From assembly GCA_001938485.1 (NCBI GenBank), contig MQRK01194125.1, positions 5,661-69,660 of the forward strand: 64,000 nt of DNA, in the 5' to 3' direction. The number at the start of each line of letters is the position of its first letter. Within the stretch, counting starts at the first letter, position 1. This DNA is from Girardia tigrina. Lineage: Eukaryota. Position numbers and translations under genes: made by a program. Positions 1-14,800 of this stretch are shown piece after piece. The notes beneath the pieces were generated by a model. The model did no database searches. It had not been told where the DNA came from and worked only from the letters and a program-made list of their open reading frames with translations.

Positions 1-539
1 ATGAGCTTTATTACGATATACAAATTCAATTAATATCGATTCGACAATTCATGTTGTAATTAAAGATAATTACTTTGGAAAGAGTGCCCCACAACTTATG
101 ACTCACCCTAATAATAAAGCATTTCAAACTACGGTTAAGTATTCGATATGATTCATTTAATCATATTAAAATATTCTATTCTAGTTCTAGAATGAGACCC
201 GACTGTAGTTATTGAATCATTTGATTTACCAACAATGATAAAGAATGATTAAACTAAACAATTTTAAAATAATAAGGAAGAGTTAAATTCACAAATTTGG
301 AACAATATAGAAAATATGACCGATTTGGTTTGGTTATTTTCAAATGACAGAAAATAATAAAGTAATAATAAAAAAATAAAAAATGAAATTAACATTTAAG
401 AATAAATTACTTAATCCGGAAGAAATATTATAGTAAAAAATTACTCATTGTGAATTTCAAAACCAAAATGAAAAGAATTGAAAATCAAAGAAAAAGTAAG
501 ACAAATAATAATGTAAAGATTATGAGTAGATCCCACTTG

Positions 540-1650
540 GTAATCCGGATTGTCAATAACTTTTAAAAACGACAACATTTCGATTTGAAATTCAGAATGA
601 TATCCTCGGATATTCAGTGGATGCTCAGAGCAGGAGTCGCTCTGTACAGCTTTTTAAACCTATATATAGAGAGTTATCCGGCAGCTAATGCATCTGCTGG
701 GCTGTGTTATTTGATTTTTGTCGTCACATTTGACACCAATTGGTTATTTTCGCCGTAGTTATGTTTATTCCCCGTCGTAGCAGAATATTTGGTTTCTCTG
801 TTAGTAGAGCATTTCTGACAAAATGTGTAATTGCGTTGTGTCTTGCTTGTATCAAAGTGCCGTTACGTGTACACCAACAGAGAACATGTATTTAAAAATC
901 CATATCCTTTCCACTTACTCTACACATTGTGTGCTACCCTGGTTTCTTTGTCTTTAAATTGGTTGGTAAGCTGTTGGTCTTACACTGTGTAGTAAGCGCC
1001 ATTATTGAATAGATATAGATTAATTATATAGGATTTTGGAGCTCAATTTATGTTTGGCAAGTGAAATGGCTGAGATTTCAGCCATCTTCTGTTTACTCAA
1101 TTTATGGAATTTTAATTTGTTATAGTCTATGTATGTGAAATGATAATTTTTCGATCGATTGGTCACTTATTATCATTGTTTTAATAGATGTGTGGATTTT
1201 TAAACAGATGCCTAGTTCTTTAATCACGAATTGTATCTGCAAACTAATTTGCTGCAAGTATTTAACTGAGTTTCTGGTTTCCGTCCACCAGGATTTGAAT
1301 CCATTCTCTCTGTAGCCCGTGTTTAGTCACAAATCATGCGATCATATGACAGGTAGTACAGGTTTACATGATACATGTTGCAGGTACGCTTGCGTGAGCT
1401 GACCTGAATAGTCAATGGCTCCATGAATTCACTATCGGTCACCCATGTAAGTAGTAAAGCCGCCGTAAGGTACTTAACTTCGGAGATCGGACGTGATCTG
1501 GTGTACCCAACCGCGGCCATTGCTTATTTTAACATTGCTCAATATCAAACTGCGATGATTTTATATCTCATAACATCAGCTGAATTCGAATTCAAGAGAT
1601 CTCATGTCCTAGTATCCCCTTAATATGAAAAAACAATGTCATATGATATT
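540..1650 (-). mobile_element. Degraded RLE-type (R2/NeSL-like) non-LTR retrotransposon, C-terminal part, interrupted by a 5S-headed insert
   Basis: Minus-strand fragments in order: KGILG.RSLE (GGLG-like, ~1600), SWWTETRNSVK (~1280), KTNSLPT...CRVSG...HVLCWC...QARHNAI (CCHC knuckle plus RHN, ~830-980), degenerate PDIIL (~600). Many stops and frameshifts. Confidence 0.6.
1411..1523 (-). ncRNA. 5S rRNA-derived sequence (dispersed 5S copy/pseudogene or SINE3 head)
   Basis: Minus strand gcaatggc...ccagatcacgtccgatctccgaagttaag...tactacttacatgggtgaccg...gaattcatggagccattgac. Box A and Box C-like blocks, and helix I ends pair (gcaatggc/gccattgac). No T-run terminator follows. Confidence 0.75.
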
Positions 1651-2624
1651 GTATCAGAATATCAAAGACTTATAAAACAATGTTCCCACAATTAAAGGCT
1701 TAGTATAAACTCTATATTATGTTATTTTTATTTGGTATAATCACTGGTGAATATTTGTTCTTCACACCACGATCGGTTTTATATAGAGTATTAAATAGAT
1801 ATAGTATATTTATTCTATTTGACCCTTGTTCCATTCTATGTTTTAAAACTTCCTTTCATTTATTCTTGAAATACTTTTTTCTAGGTCTAATATATCAGCA
1901 ACAAAAAATAGTTTTAGCTCCTGTAGTGAACACAATTCTCAAATTAAAATTATGTGAACGAAAAATAATTAATAAAACGTTAATTTTTGTAAATTTACCT
2001 ACTAAACCGTTAATCATAAATTATCCTATCTTAATCTTAAATTAAATTCGGTCATCGTCATAATTTTAACATTGAAACTAATCGAGCACAAAAATTGAAT
2101 AATTAATTCTTAATCAATTTTTGTAAAAAAATTAATCTTGCTTTAATAATCGTTTTTTATTCTAAATAAAAATTTGGCTCATGTTTTTCAATTTAATTTG
2201 TTGATCGGCCATGATAGGTCCATACGTTTATTTGATCTTTTTTGTGATGCTGATCAGTGGTTTATTTATGACTCTGTAAAAAGACTAAGGATTTTTTTTG
2301 GAGGTTGAAAATTTTGAAGGTGAAGGTTACATGCGAAATCCCCTAAAATTGTGTATATTTCACAAATTTTATTAGTTAATTATCAATAAAATAGTCATAT
2401 ATTATGAATACAAAGTAGTCATTTATAGAAAAATTATTTTTAATTCATTAATAGAAAAAGTATTTGGAAAATTAGACGAAAGAAAGATTAATGTAAAAAG
2501 AATTTATATAAAAGGAATAATTTCCATTAAAACCGATCAACTTATCAATTAGAAATAAAATAGTCAAAAACAATTTACTTTCAAAACATAAGCATTAAAA
2601 TTATCATATACAATTATTATTTAC

Positions 2625-2850
2625 TTGTTTCCCCGGTATCGTGGATATCCCGTGGGGCGGATACGGAACCATGGTGCAGATGACCAAGAATTCATCAACA
2701 TTTTTGGAATCTTAACATCATCATAATTATGAATTATCGAAAATAATAATAAATTACTGTTATTTGGATTCATTCCATCGGGATCAATGAGATAAGTATA
2801 ATTTACTGTATAACCTCTTTTTATCCATTCATTGCAAGAGGGTTCTAGGT
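2625..2850 (-). CDS. Exons 28-29: start of fibrinogen-like repeat 3 (gene continues beyond window)
   Basis: EPSCNEWIKRGYTVNYTYLIDPDGMNPNN|NSKNVDEFLVICTMVPYPPHGISTIPGKQ; 47-nt intron at 2711-2757. Confidence 0.85.
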
Positions 2851-5800
2851 CTAAAGAAAAAAAGGCGTTTTTATAAAATTTCAAAAAAATCAACATTTTT
2901 TTTGTTCTTCTTTTATTTATCCTAATATTTACGGATATCAACCAACTTTATCAGAATTAACTTCAACAAAAACAGAAAAGTTGTATAAACTTGTTGAACA
3001 ACTGTAATAATACAATAAATCAGTAAAAAACAGAGACTGGGAGATTAACTTATGGGTATCATTTTAGACTATCATACAAAGCCTGGTCTTAAATGTAAAA
3101 CAAACTCTTTGCTGGAAAACCTATATGAGTTATGAAACAGTGAATTAATATATCCTGTTTTAAAGAAACACTTATGTAAATTAACCACAAATAGAAATTT
3201 ATAATTAACAAAATGTTTGTGCCAAAATAGCTGGTGTTAAGAGTACTGACACAATTACTATGCAGACATTTATTAATATCATATTTAGAGTCATGGCAAC
3301 TGTCAGAGGTTCTTTCTCCGTTTATCATCTTTCTAATTAGTGTTGTTTCTGAATTTTTAATAATGATTATTCGAACGAATTTCGTAATATTTCAATAATA
3401 TTTATTATTCTTTTAACTTTAAAATTTTTGATGCAAAAATATTTCTGGGCGACAATCGAATTTATTGAACATTTTTTTAAATAAGTCAATAAATTTTGAA
3501 AATCATATTTTTTGTATCAATTAATTTACTTAATTTAGAGATCCAAATGTCTACTGTCAGTTACAGTAGCCTTAAACTTATACAGCTATCTATTTGTTCT
3601 AATGGTGTTTCAACAAAGAATTAAACAAGGAATATATCCTTACGTCCTTTTCATAACTTTAAAAACTATCTATCGACAATAACGATTTTTAGTTACCAAA
3701 AAATTATCTATTCCTTTAAAACAACGGTATATTCATCATAAATTCATTCATAAAACGACCTTTCAACGACGGAAATGATTAGATTCTTTGAAACTTTACG
3801 AAAAAAATCTTTTTAAGATCTTCCAAAATAATGAAGATCTATAAAATCTTCCTACACAATACAGCAGAAAATCAGCTTTTTCTTCGATTACCCTTGTTCA
3901 TAAACATGTCTGAATTATCACACATATTTTGGTGCCCCTGGTCAAGAACACATGAAACAAATCAGGAAGATCTGGAAATAAGGAGTATTGATACCACATG
4001 ATCTTACCGAAGATAACAAAAACGAGCGGTAGAACACGTGTGACATTCATAAAAAATATAGTGCTGAACCTTTTTGTAAACGGTTTGTGACTGGAGAGTA
4101 AAAATTTGGTCGTATATGACAAGAGAAAAAAATGGTTGTCCAAATATCTAGTGCTTCATAAAACAACAAAAAAAATTGTTTAGCTTTTAAAAAGTAATGT
4201 TATGTGTTTTGTCGGAGCAGAAAGGAATAATTTATTATGAAACTCTTAAACCTTGAAAACTGTCACTTTAGATCTATACTGTGAGTAGATGGGTCGCTTG
4301 AATGAAAACATCATCTAAAAAACAGAGGCGGACTAGTCTTACAAAATGACAACGCTTAACACCATTAGGCAAATGAGACCCAAAAATAATTTTCTGAGCT
4401 CGGATGGAAAGTCTTACCTCATCTGCCTAATTTCTCCGTCGGGTTATCATTTATTTACTTCAATGGAAGATTATTAAAAGTAAAAGGATTTTTCGACGGA
4501 AATGAGGTAAAAGGATTTTTTCGCTGGCGAACAAGTAGCAAAAGATTATAGAAAAGTAGGTGAATTATATTTTATAAATAAAATTTGGTTTTTTCCATTC
4601 TTAATACATATTATATATATATATATTTATTATATATTTTATTATATATTTATATATTTATTATATTAGCTTACTTTCTAAGTATGTATCCATGTAATTT
4701 AGAAACCTATTTTTGAAGGCTTTTAACTCAATCAATTTTCTCCAATCTTTGCACACTTACTCATTCTCGATGACAATAAATGATTATGTGAAAATTTGAT
4801 CAGAAAAAGCTTTTTAAGATACCAAAATGAAAGAAACGGAAATTTCGGAGTTCGAGAACAATAATTATTGAAATAGATCTACTGATAAATTATAAGTATT
4901 ATATATTATTTTTATTGTGTTTTTTTTAATTATTTTTTTAATTAAAACTTTTTTGGCAAAGTAGAATTATGTCTACATAAAGAATGAATATAAAAAAATG
5001 ATTTTTTGATTTACTAGTTTAATATAAGAAAAACTCTGAAACTTTCGATATTTCAAATATTTTAACCTTCAATAATATTTTAATTCAATTAATATTTTAA
5101 TCTTCAAGATATATAAAAACTGCTTTTCTTAATACAATTCTTCTTCTGATCGCCGAACAAAGGTGACAACGTTCTTTCTCAGCTTCTGTCCGGATTTTTA
5201 TATATTCCTCTTTTTAAATGCATTTCAAGATGCCAGAAGACATCGAAGTGGCTCAGAACTAAGGGAGGTGACTAAAGAACTGAAATCCATTTTTTGATGA
5301 CTTTGATTATTTGTAAGATCATAGAGCACCTACATTCTCACTTAAGATTATTACATCTCAATTTCGCCACCACTTTTCAGTAGTATGAATACCTGATTCA
5401 AACATCTTTTTCTGCAACATTTATACAGGGGACTCCTTATCGTATAAAAAAATTGCCAAAACAAATGATCTTTTCCTGGGATCGTTTTCCAGATAGATGA
5501 CTTTATGGTCAGATTTCTACTTTCTTGGGTTCTGGAAGTAGAAAGAGAAAGTGGCGTCTTATAAAGGCGTCTTATGAATTAAATTGGATTCATTCTTAAA
5601 GAATCTGGATAATTTCCTGTTTGCACTAAAGTCAATTTTTAAAAATTTCCGATTAAAAAGATTGATAAAAATTGATAGAAAAAATATAAAATTTTAGTGT
5701 AAATAAAGATAAATTTTGCGTAACATGTATCTTGTGTTCCTACAATAGTGCATCGAAGACATTCCCTTCTGGTTTCTTGAAGCCAATTTAGAATTTTTAA

Positions 5801-8800
5801 AATCTTTTATTGGTGTTAACCAAGACTTCGATTTTTAACAGGTTTCCCTATCAATTGACAAACATTTAAAACTTACTCCGTTTCAATATTCCATATTCCA
5901 ATTTTCCCTTAAAGATCTGGGAAAAGTTCTCTTCAAAAAACCAAAACATAAATCAAAAATATTTTTATAGAACAGGTTGATAGGTCTTTTTAAATAAAAA
6001 AATCCTTAAAGATTGTAAAATCCGTAAAAGGATAATAGTTATATTGAAGCTTTAAAATAGAAGTTTAAATTTAAAACCTACAAAATGCCGCTGGACCACA
6101 AATTAGGGGTCCCACTGTAAAATTGGAAGGATTTGGTGACTTATTCAAATCCGAAATGCATTTAATTGGAAGGTCTTCTTTTTTACGAATAAATCCAAAA
6201 TCTGATCCCGCATTTTTACCATCACAATTACAACTTGCAGTGGGGTCGGTGCATGAGTTGTACACTCCACACGCGCATTTTCCATTCGACCCACTACCGA
6301 AATAATCGAGATTTTTCCCGGAAAGTGTTTGAAGAAACGCCTTATTGTCCAATAATGTGGCCCCCTCCTGTTTAATTAACATTTTTATATCATTATTATT
6401 GTAGAATAGAAGTTATCAATAATGCAAAATAGAATAAAACTCACTTGACAGTCATATTTCACTTCTTGAGTACATGATCCAGAATCATCTATCAATTTTC
6501 GAATGGCAGGATCACTAGCTGGATAAGAAAAACATGTCTGAGGATCCTTATTTGGAGATGTAGGATTTTTTAATGGGCCCGGAAAACTTGAGTAATATCC
6601 ATTTGGAATACTTCCTGGAATTCTGTGGACAATCGTGAAAAAAAGTTAACCAAATTTTTTATGAAGTGTAATAAATGGAATAACGCTTACTTATTATGAG
6701 GAAGTTTTGTAACTGCAAATGATTTTGTTGTCACATCACACAAAGCTCTAATGGGCTCCAAAGGACCATCTCCATCGACATCTAACCAGACTACTCCATT
6801 TTTGATCAGTCCATAATTATCTTTTGCATCTTGACAATTCTTTGGAAAATCTAGATCATTACAAGTAATGATTTATATTAATTATGTTGATATGTACTGA
6901 AAGGTCGAGGTCCGCAAGCGAGAGGACCAATCGTGATAGTTCCAGATAAATAGTAGCCGTTCCCTCCAGTCAAAATTCCAGTCAAAGGCAGTAAAGATTT
7001 ATCAATTATTCGCCCGGTATCATAGCCAGGGCTGTGGTAATCTCCATCGCAAAAGCATGCTTTTTCTGGTGACTCGCATATGTTTATTTCTCCACATCCG
7101 CACTGTCAAATAATAATGATAATAAAAATAATAATCTTAATAATCTTGGAAATATGAATAATATAAATGATGTGAATATAATATTAATAATATTAATAAT
7201 TTTCAGAGCTATTGTTCATTTGGCTCTTTACGTTATTCAGAGAATGTGCATCTCCATATTTCTTTATTCCTCACTTCCCTCGTAACATCTATGATACAGA
7301 AATCATCATACCATGCTAATCTATTGAATCGGTATACTGATCCATCCTGGTTTATCAGCTAAACTCCACCCGCAAATATATTAAGTCTTGTCTGCTTTAC
7401 CACTTACCAAAGACAATGTTAAAAAATAAGGTCCCACTACGCACCCCTCTCTGCCATATATATTTATTTTAGATTTACTTTCTCCAAATTTCTCGGGAAA
7501 ATTCTTTATTAGATTGATTAAATTTCAGAAAATCTCAGTCTTTTAAAACATTACCGGAGAATCTCTATAGAAACTGTGAAAAGCTTTCTCCAGACCGATA
7601 TAAATTACGTGTACTTCCTGATCTCTGTATCTGCCTACTTTCTGAATCTCACAAAAAATGAAAATTTTTCACATCGTTCCTCTTCTTGATATAATAATAA
7701 ATTGTTATTTATCTATTTTCCGTTATAGGTATTTGAATGTTTACAACAATTCTTGAAGGACTTTACCCATAAATTCAAATAGAAAATTCTACGGAAATTG
7801 TTAGCATTAATCGGCCGCCTTTCCCATTGAATAGAGTCGTAACTCGCGCTGACTTTCATTCTCATGTACTTATAATTTTATGTAAACCAAATCTATTTCC
7901 AAACTACTTAGTTGATAATTGATCCATGTATAAAACTGTGCTGTTGGTTTCTTTGAATTTAACATGAAGGCGATGACTTCGTAGTCCGTTGACAAAATAA
8001 AGGAATAACCATAAGTTTTTTCCTCGGTATGTAATATCTTTTTTCCTAAGGTCCAATTGAATGCGAGCCATATGCAATTACCTTTTCCCTTTTTAATTCT
8101 GCTAGAATACTATCAACACTGGCATCTTAATTCAAAATAAACTTATTGAAGTTCAGAACGTTAAGATCCCGGCTTTCATAAGGGCTTTTTTTCATATTGT
8201 GAAAAGCTTCTTCACATGAGTATGCCCATGTTAGTTAATTTTTTAACCCTTCTAATACAACAATGCCAACTGTGGAATAACCACTTTATGAATCGTTTAT
8301 AGTAGTTACAGATTCCCAGAAAATGTCTCAAATTCTTCATGCAGTTTAGTATTTGAAATGGGAAATGAGTCCCCATAATCCTCTCGAATGCATTGATTAA
8401 AATCATTTCTGACCTAGTCATAAAATTATTGAAAATTATTCCTCTAAGATGTGGCCATTATTTTTTAAATTTGAGTCAAAATTTAAAATAAAAAAACTGA
8501 AAAGTAAAAGATTAAAGTCCATTTTATAAAAATCTTAAAACATTTTCCTCAAAATTTACAGCCATAAACGATTAAAATATTGAGAACAACGAATAATTAA
8601 ATACCAAAATTATTTTAAACTAACGAAACTAGAATAATTTATTAAAAAAAAACAAATTTAAAAAGAAAATTCATAAGAAAATGAAATAAATAAAGTATGT
8701 TCTAATGTGCTAAGATAATCATGATAGCCGGACAACTTTACAATCATTAGTTACGATCAGTGCTCGAAGTGGGAAAAAATAAGTGCCGGTATGCGGAAAC

Positions 8801-11800
8801 CGGCCATGCAGCGATTTTGCTCCTCCGCAGCCCAACGCCAACACCCTGACGTCAACTCCCACTCCCCCTCCCCGATTTTTTAATATATTTAAAAAAAACA
8901 GTGGTTTCTTTTCATTTCCGCTCACCCAAAATTGTATACAACCCCCACACATTAACGAACCCTGAGGGAAACCAAAAACCATTCTCCATTTAAATCTTAT
9001 TGACTACACAATAAAGATATTCACCAGCGTGTGTAATGGTAACTATAGTAACTACAGATCTCACTAAGTGTCCAGTCAACAATAAACTGTCTAGAGTTGA
9101 CATATTTTGTAAATGCAATCGACACCAACGTCGGCATCCTTTCCACTACCCCGATGTATCTACTACTCTATCTACAGCGCACACACTCGTGTGTAAGGTT
9201 TGTGTATATGTGAGAGAGATAGCGGTGGCAGGGGGCGATAGAAAGAGAGAGTAAGACATTATGGTTAGTCGTTAGTGCCAGTGACACTCCTGCTTACATT
9301 ATGCTGTGTGCGTTTGTTTGTGTGAGGCATCATATACAGCAGTTGAGGTGAGACGGAAGCGTAGCCTTAGGAAAAACAAGTGCCGGTATGAGCCGGTATT
9401 CCACTTAAAAATCATACTGCCTTAAAATCAAATAAGTGCCGGTATGTCATACCGCCTCGAAAACAAGTGGCGGTATGGCATACCGGCACATCCCGGCTCA
9501 CTTCGAGCCCTGGTTACGATTCGAAATCGTTTATCGGATATTAGAAAATTATAATTCGATATTTTAATCTGGTTCTGATATCTGGATTTAATGACATTCA
9601 ATTTTATGACGGATATCAAAAATATTTCTGATATTCAGAATTTTGACCTTTTGTGATTTTGACTCTTGGAGATTTTAGCTTCAGAATCAAAATCTATGTC
9701 GTACAATTTCCATTCTTTGTTAATTATCATTCAATTAAGGGTCAAATATAGAATTTGTAGGCATGATTACTGTGAGAAGTGATTGCAACATCAATATCTG
9801 AATTCATTTTTTAACACCAAAATTTATTAATAACAATAATTCACATATTTAAACAAATTTTTCTGTTAATTTAATTATTTCGCCATGAATTAATCTATTA
9901 AATTCTTTTCGATTCAATTTCTAAAATCTTGCAAATTTATTAAATAATTTTCACATTAAAACTAAAAATTTATTTTAAAATTTATTTAAAATTGTTTCAT
10001 AACTTCTATTAAAATATATAAATTATTATGACTGTAAAAATATTTTTATTTATAAATAAATATTTAATATTTAATGGTTTTCTTATCATTTATAATTTTA
10101 AGATATTTAATAAATACATTAAAAAGATATTTTTTATTTTTAAATAGATATTTAATTTTTTATGATTTTCTTTTATTATATCATTTTTATTTTAAAATAT
10201 TTAATAAGCATATTAACATTAAATATTATACATTTTAAATTAAAAAATAATAAATTATTCTGACGAGATGAAAATTTAAATTAACCCCTCATAATTACAA
10301 TAAATTCAAATAGTTTTAATTTGACAATGACTTAACATTTTGTTGCACAGTTTTTTGTTTGATTGCTACACTTTTTGGCTATTGAACACATTAATAAAAA
10401 TTGATTGAAATTATCAATAACTTGTTTTAATAATCAGTATTTACAAAATGAAAAAAACGAAATTCGATCTATTATGAATCTCCAGTTCCTGCGTGGTACC
10501 TCATCTCCAGAATCCATACAAAAAATCGAAAGTGTATTTAGATAGAATCCTACTACACTGCAAACAGTCTTAAATTGGTAGAGGAAATTCGTGAAAAGTA
10601 ACTTTAACCTCAATAATGAGTCTCCAAAAAATTCAGATAAACAATGACGAACTGAATTTAACCATGGATTCGGATCAATCACAAACTGCTCATATATATG
10701 AAACGTTCAGTAAGTTGGGTTGACACGAATGAAGTACCAAAATACAGTCCGAAGCAAATAAATCATCAAAGGAAGCTAATGGTAAGTTTTTGGTGGTCTT
10801 TCACAATTCTTTTATGACATCATGAAACATGATTTGTCGATAACAGCAGATGTCTATTGTAATCAATTAGATTCTAATTGATTTTCATATGTTGACTGCT
10901 ATCTTGTTCCATGACAATGTCAAACCATATACTGGACTTAAGACTATGACTAAACCCCAGGAACTTGATTTGGAAGTTGTGCATCATCTTCAATACTCAC
11001 AAGATCTAGATCCAACTGACTACCATTTTTTCCTCCATTTGAACAACTTTTTGATAAGAAAAAATTCAATGCCAAAAATTAAATAAAAATGGGCTTCTAG
11101 GAATTTATAGATTCTCGCCCACCAAAGTTTTAATCTAGGGGTCTCTAGGATATTCAAATAATATTCTAATGACATTTTGAGGCCATAGTTACTAGCTGTA
11201 CTATATATAAGTAATTTTCTGTTAAAAATATTTTTTATAAAATAAAAAAGTTTTGTTTCATTTTTTTAGTTTAAATTTGATGTTTTACGTATTTCTTTCC
11301 AAAGACGTGTAATAAAATATAAATAATTTATAAAAAATATTTGTTAGAAATTCAAGCTTTGCCAACATTTTCCTTAGTTTCGGCAAACATTAAATCCTTT
11401 CTTTCATCAACCATAATTGAGGACAAATTCCCTGAAACAGTCAATTAGGAATAATTTTACAATGGATAAAAATGATTATTTTTTTATTTATACAAGAAAA
11501 AATTGTCTCGTTTCTCAATTATATTTCATGAATAGCGGAACAATCGCAGATGCTGCATTACTTTATTTAAGTATGTCTGTCTGTTTGGAATGTCTCTTTT
11601 CACATCGCTCAAGCGTCTTAAAATACGACGAAAGGAAAAGATAAGTGTTAACACAAAGAAAACAAAGAAGAGGATGTTGAAAGTCTTCGTTGAATTAGTT
11701 TGTCTTACGATTGAAATTTAATAAAATTATTATGATTTTTTTATTATTAACAATTTATTTATACAAATGATTTTTAAAACATTTTTATTATTTTCGATTA

Positions 11801-14800
11801 ATGCTTGTTTATAAACTTTAGTGTCTTTTTGAGAAGAAAGAAAAAAGCAAAAAGTAATGAACTTTTAAAAAATGTTTTAGTTTATTTTTAAGGTATTCCA
11901 TACCATAGCGATAATACCTCTTGAAACATTGGAATCATTTTAAAACAGAGGGTGGTAACAACGGGCTTGAAGGTTTCATGTGGCTGTTTTAAAAAGAATT
12001 GCGAACTTACTACATCATTATGCGTGCTGTACATTATTAATATCAACTCCAGGCCTCTCAAAATGTCTTCAACAATAGCTTTAACCTCTTTCTTCCTATC
12101 AAGTAGGCTTAAATTTGATAAAAAGATAAAAATCCTTTGTAGCCAAGTCCAGACTATAGAGTTAATTAGAAATTTCTTCAAACCCGCATTCATCCTCAGG
12201 AAACTTAGTAACAACAGCTGTTTGAACTAAGGCCTTGTCATTGAGGAGACAAACATCATTTCCAAAATTTCCCGAAGTCTTTTCATCATAATGGTGTCAT
12301 GCAAACAGTGTTGTAAATCCATATAGTACTCCCCATATACTATTGTATTTTTTCAACTAATGAAATCTAAAAATCTTGTCCTCCTTATCTTATTAGTTGC
12401 CTTCGGGATCTTGGAATTTTGAAAAGGAACCTCATATAGTTTTCTCAATTCCGACTTTGAAAAAGAATCATAGTAAAAGTTTCAAAGTCTCCTGAGTAAA
12501 GAGTAAAGTTATATTAATCCAAAGATTCTTGGCAGTCTGTATTTCTTTTGCAATTATTGATTTTTATGCACCCGATAATAAGCTAGTAATAGGCGCTCAT
12601 AGAATCCTGAATGAACTTCATTGTAACGTTGTTGTGATTGATGAAACGTAGTTTTACGTGAACTAATGCCTGCAAAAGAAGTCTCTCATGCATATGAAGA
12701 ATCTGAAGGAGACAGACAAAAACAAGCTGGCAAATCATTGCAAATAAGAAATGACATATAATACTGGCTTTGAACTTTCGTGGGACTCATTATTTTGAAG
12801 TGGTGGGGCATGTAGAACCATCTACACCCACAGATACTTAAAATTCTTAGACAAAATGAAGCAAATTCGACGTCATGAAAATCTTCTCATAATGCAGGAC
12901 TTTTACAACTATCCTACTCTCCATATATGAACCTGATGAATTGCTATTTATTCAAGAACATGGAATCCAAGCTGAGGGAACAAACGTTTACTTCCATTGA
13001 ACAAGTGTAAATGTTTTTAACTATGTTCTTGGCTGAGCGAATCCGTTACAAACTAGGTCATGAGATGGACCGCCAACAACATGATCTCTAAAACATTACT
13101 TTACGTGGTAGTGAACGTTACAATAAAGTCACGCAGAACTTATTGATATTCAAAGCCATTATTCTTTCTGTATCTGCTGGTTGGTGCATTATTTTATTAT
13201 ATAGTTCATTATATTAAAATTTATTTCATATATTTTTATTTATCCATACTAGTCGTTAAAAGATTTCACTGAAACATACGTTCTCTCTTACAATTACTAT
13301 TGCAAAAATAATATTCAATATTTTGACATCCTTACTCTTTAATAATATACGAACTCAAATAGATATGAATATCTTTTATCTTTTTGTCAAAGCAAGCATT
13401 AGAATATGTATTATTATTAGAATATGTATATTAAAGTGATTAATTATTCTAAATTGTATTTTTTGTTTATGGTTGAAAAATAACTATAATAAAACAATTA
13501 TTAGTGTTGAAAGCATCGACACAATTACTTTGTAAACATTTATTAATATTACATTTAGAGTCATCAAAACTTTTGGGAGTTCCTTCACCATTGTTGTTTC
13601 TGAATTTTTAATAATGATTATTCGAAAAAATTTCATAAATTTTCAATAACATTTATTATTATTTTAACTGTAATATATTTCATAAAATTATAAAAAATAT
13701 TTAAACGAATTTTAAAATTATTCCAATCTATAAAATGTCTTTAATTGATACATTAAAAATTTTTATTTTAATTTTTGAGAAATATTACTTATATTATAAA
13801 TTACTCTGTATTATTACATTTTAAATATAAATTTTATCAGATTATTAAATTTTCATTAATTTTAAAAATATAAATTCTGTTCGAATGATCAGTTATCGCA
13901 AATACAATAAAGTATACATGTTTTCAGTACACCCAAATAACCACACCACATTCATACACAATTTAAAATACTCCTCACAATTAGTAAAATAAAAAGTTGT
14001 GATACTCTAATATTTACTTGCATATAATCTGTCACAAACGCTGTATATACTAATATAAAGCAACAGTCAAAGGTTGACCCAGTTCTCGGCCCGGTTATTG
14101 TATAATAGCAATTTAGAAATGCATAAATTTGTTGATTTTATAACATTTTTAATGATAATTTTTTATTAATAATTAAAATGTATTCTCTCATGTATTAAAT
14201 TAATGTTGTTTGTATTTAGATATTTAATATAGACCTAATAGAAATCTTAAGGTAGGACTTCACTAATTAATAAACCATGCATCGGACACTAATGAATAGC
14301 TCAAGAAAAATAAAGTACCTTGTTTTCTGTTGTACTACTGCCCCATTTTTTATGTATTTTTCCATTGATATCAATATAATTAGTCGTAGTCAATAGTTCT
14401 AAAAAGCCATCACATTGAAATCTGAACAAAATTGTATATGAAGATTTATAATAAAATAAATTATAAGATGGGAAACTACTCCATGTCTTGGTAGCAGAAC
14501 TTTGAAGAGGCAACTATGGGTAACACGTAGGTCAACGGAAATTCGTAGGTGATTGTTCTATTTTCCGTAAGTGGTTTCGGATTAACAATTTTTTTCGGAG
14601 AAGTGTTGTCGTGATTAATGATTGTTATTCCAAGATTTGGTTTCATAACACACGTCACCTATACAAGGGTCAACATTAGATTAAACGATTTTTTAATTCA
14701 CTTACATCAATGAGTGGAAGCGGTCCTGTTCCATCAGGATCAATGCTATATACTCCTGATGGGGTACCTGGATTTTGTAGTAAATACTCGTGACAATTTA

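Noticed and set aside
1-252. Possible plus-strand exon pair with a short intron
   Set aside because: In-frame stops on joining and no recognisable domain.
1288-1303. tRNA B-box-like GGATTCAAATCC suggesting a 5S+tRNA composite SINE
   Set aside because: It lies in the LINE coding frame (NGFKSWWTETRNS) and has no A-box or cloverleaf; probably coincidental.
2621-2941. 106-aa single-exon ORF
   Set aside because: Read-through of intron and exon 28; the spliced frame shifts at the 47-nt intron.
6123-6305. Plus-strand ORFs overlapping exons (also 30118-30354, 32826-33077, 33237-33452)
   Set aside because: Antisense shadows of the cysteine-rich minus-strand exons.
9370-9490. Repeated AAGTGCCGGTATG motifs as a CRISPR-like array
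   Set aside because: They are hAT subterminal transposase-binding repeats within a TIR/TSD-bounded element; eukaryotic context and no spacer periodicity.
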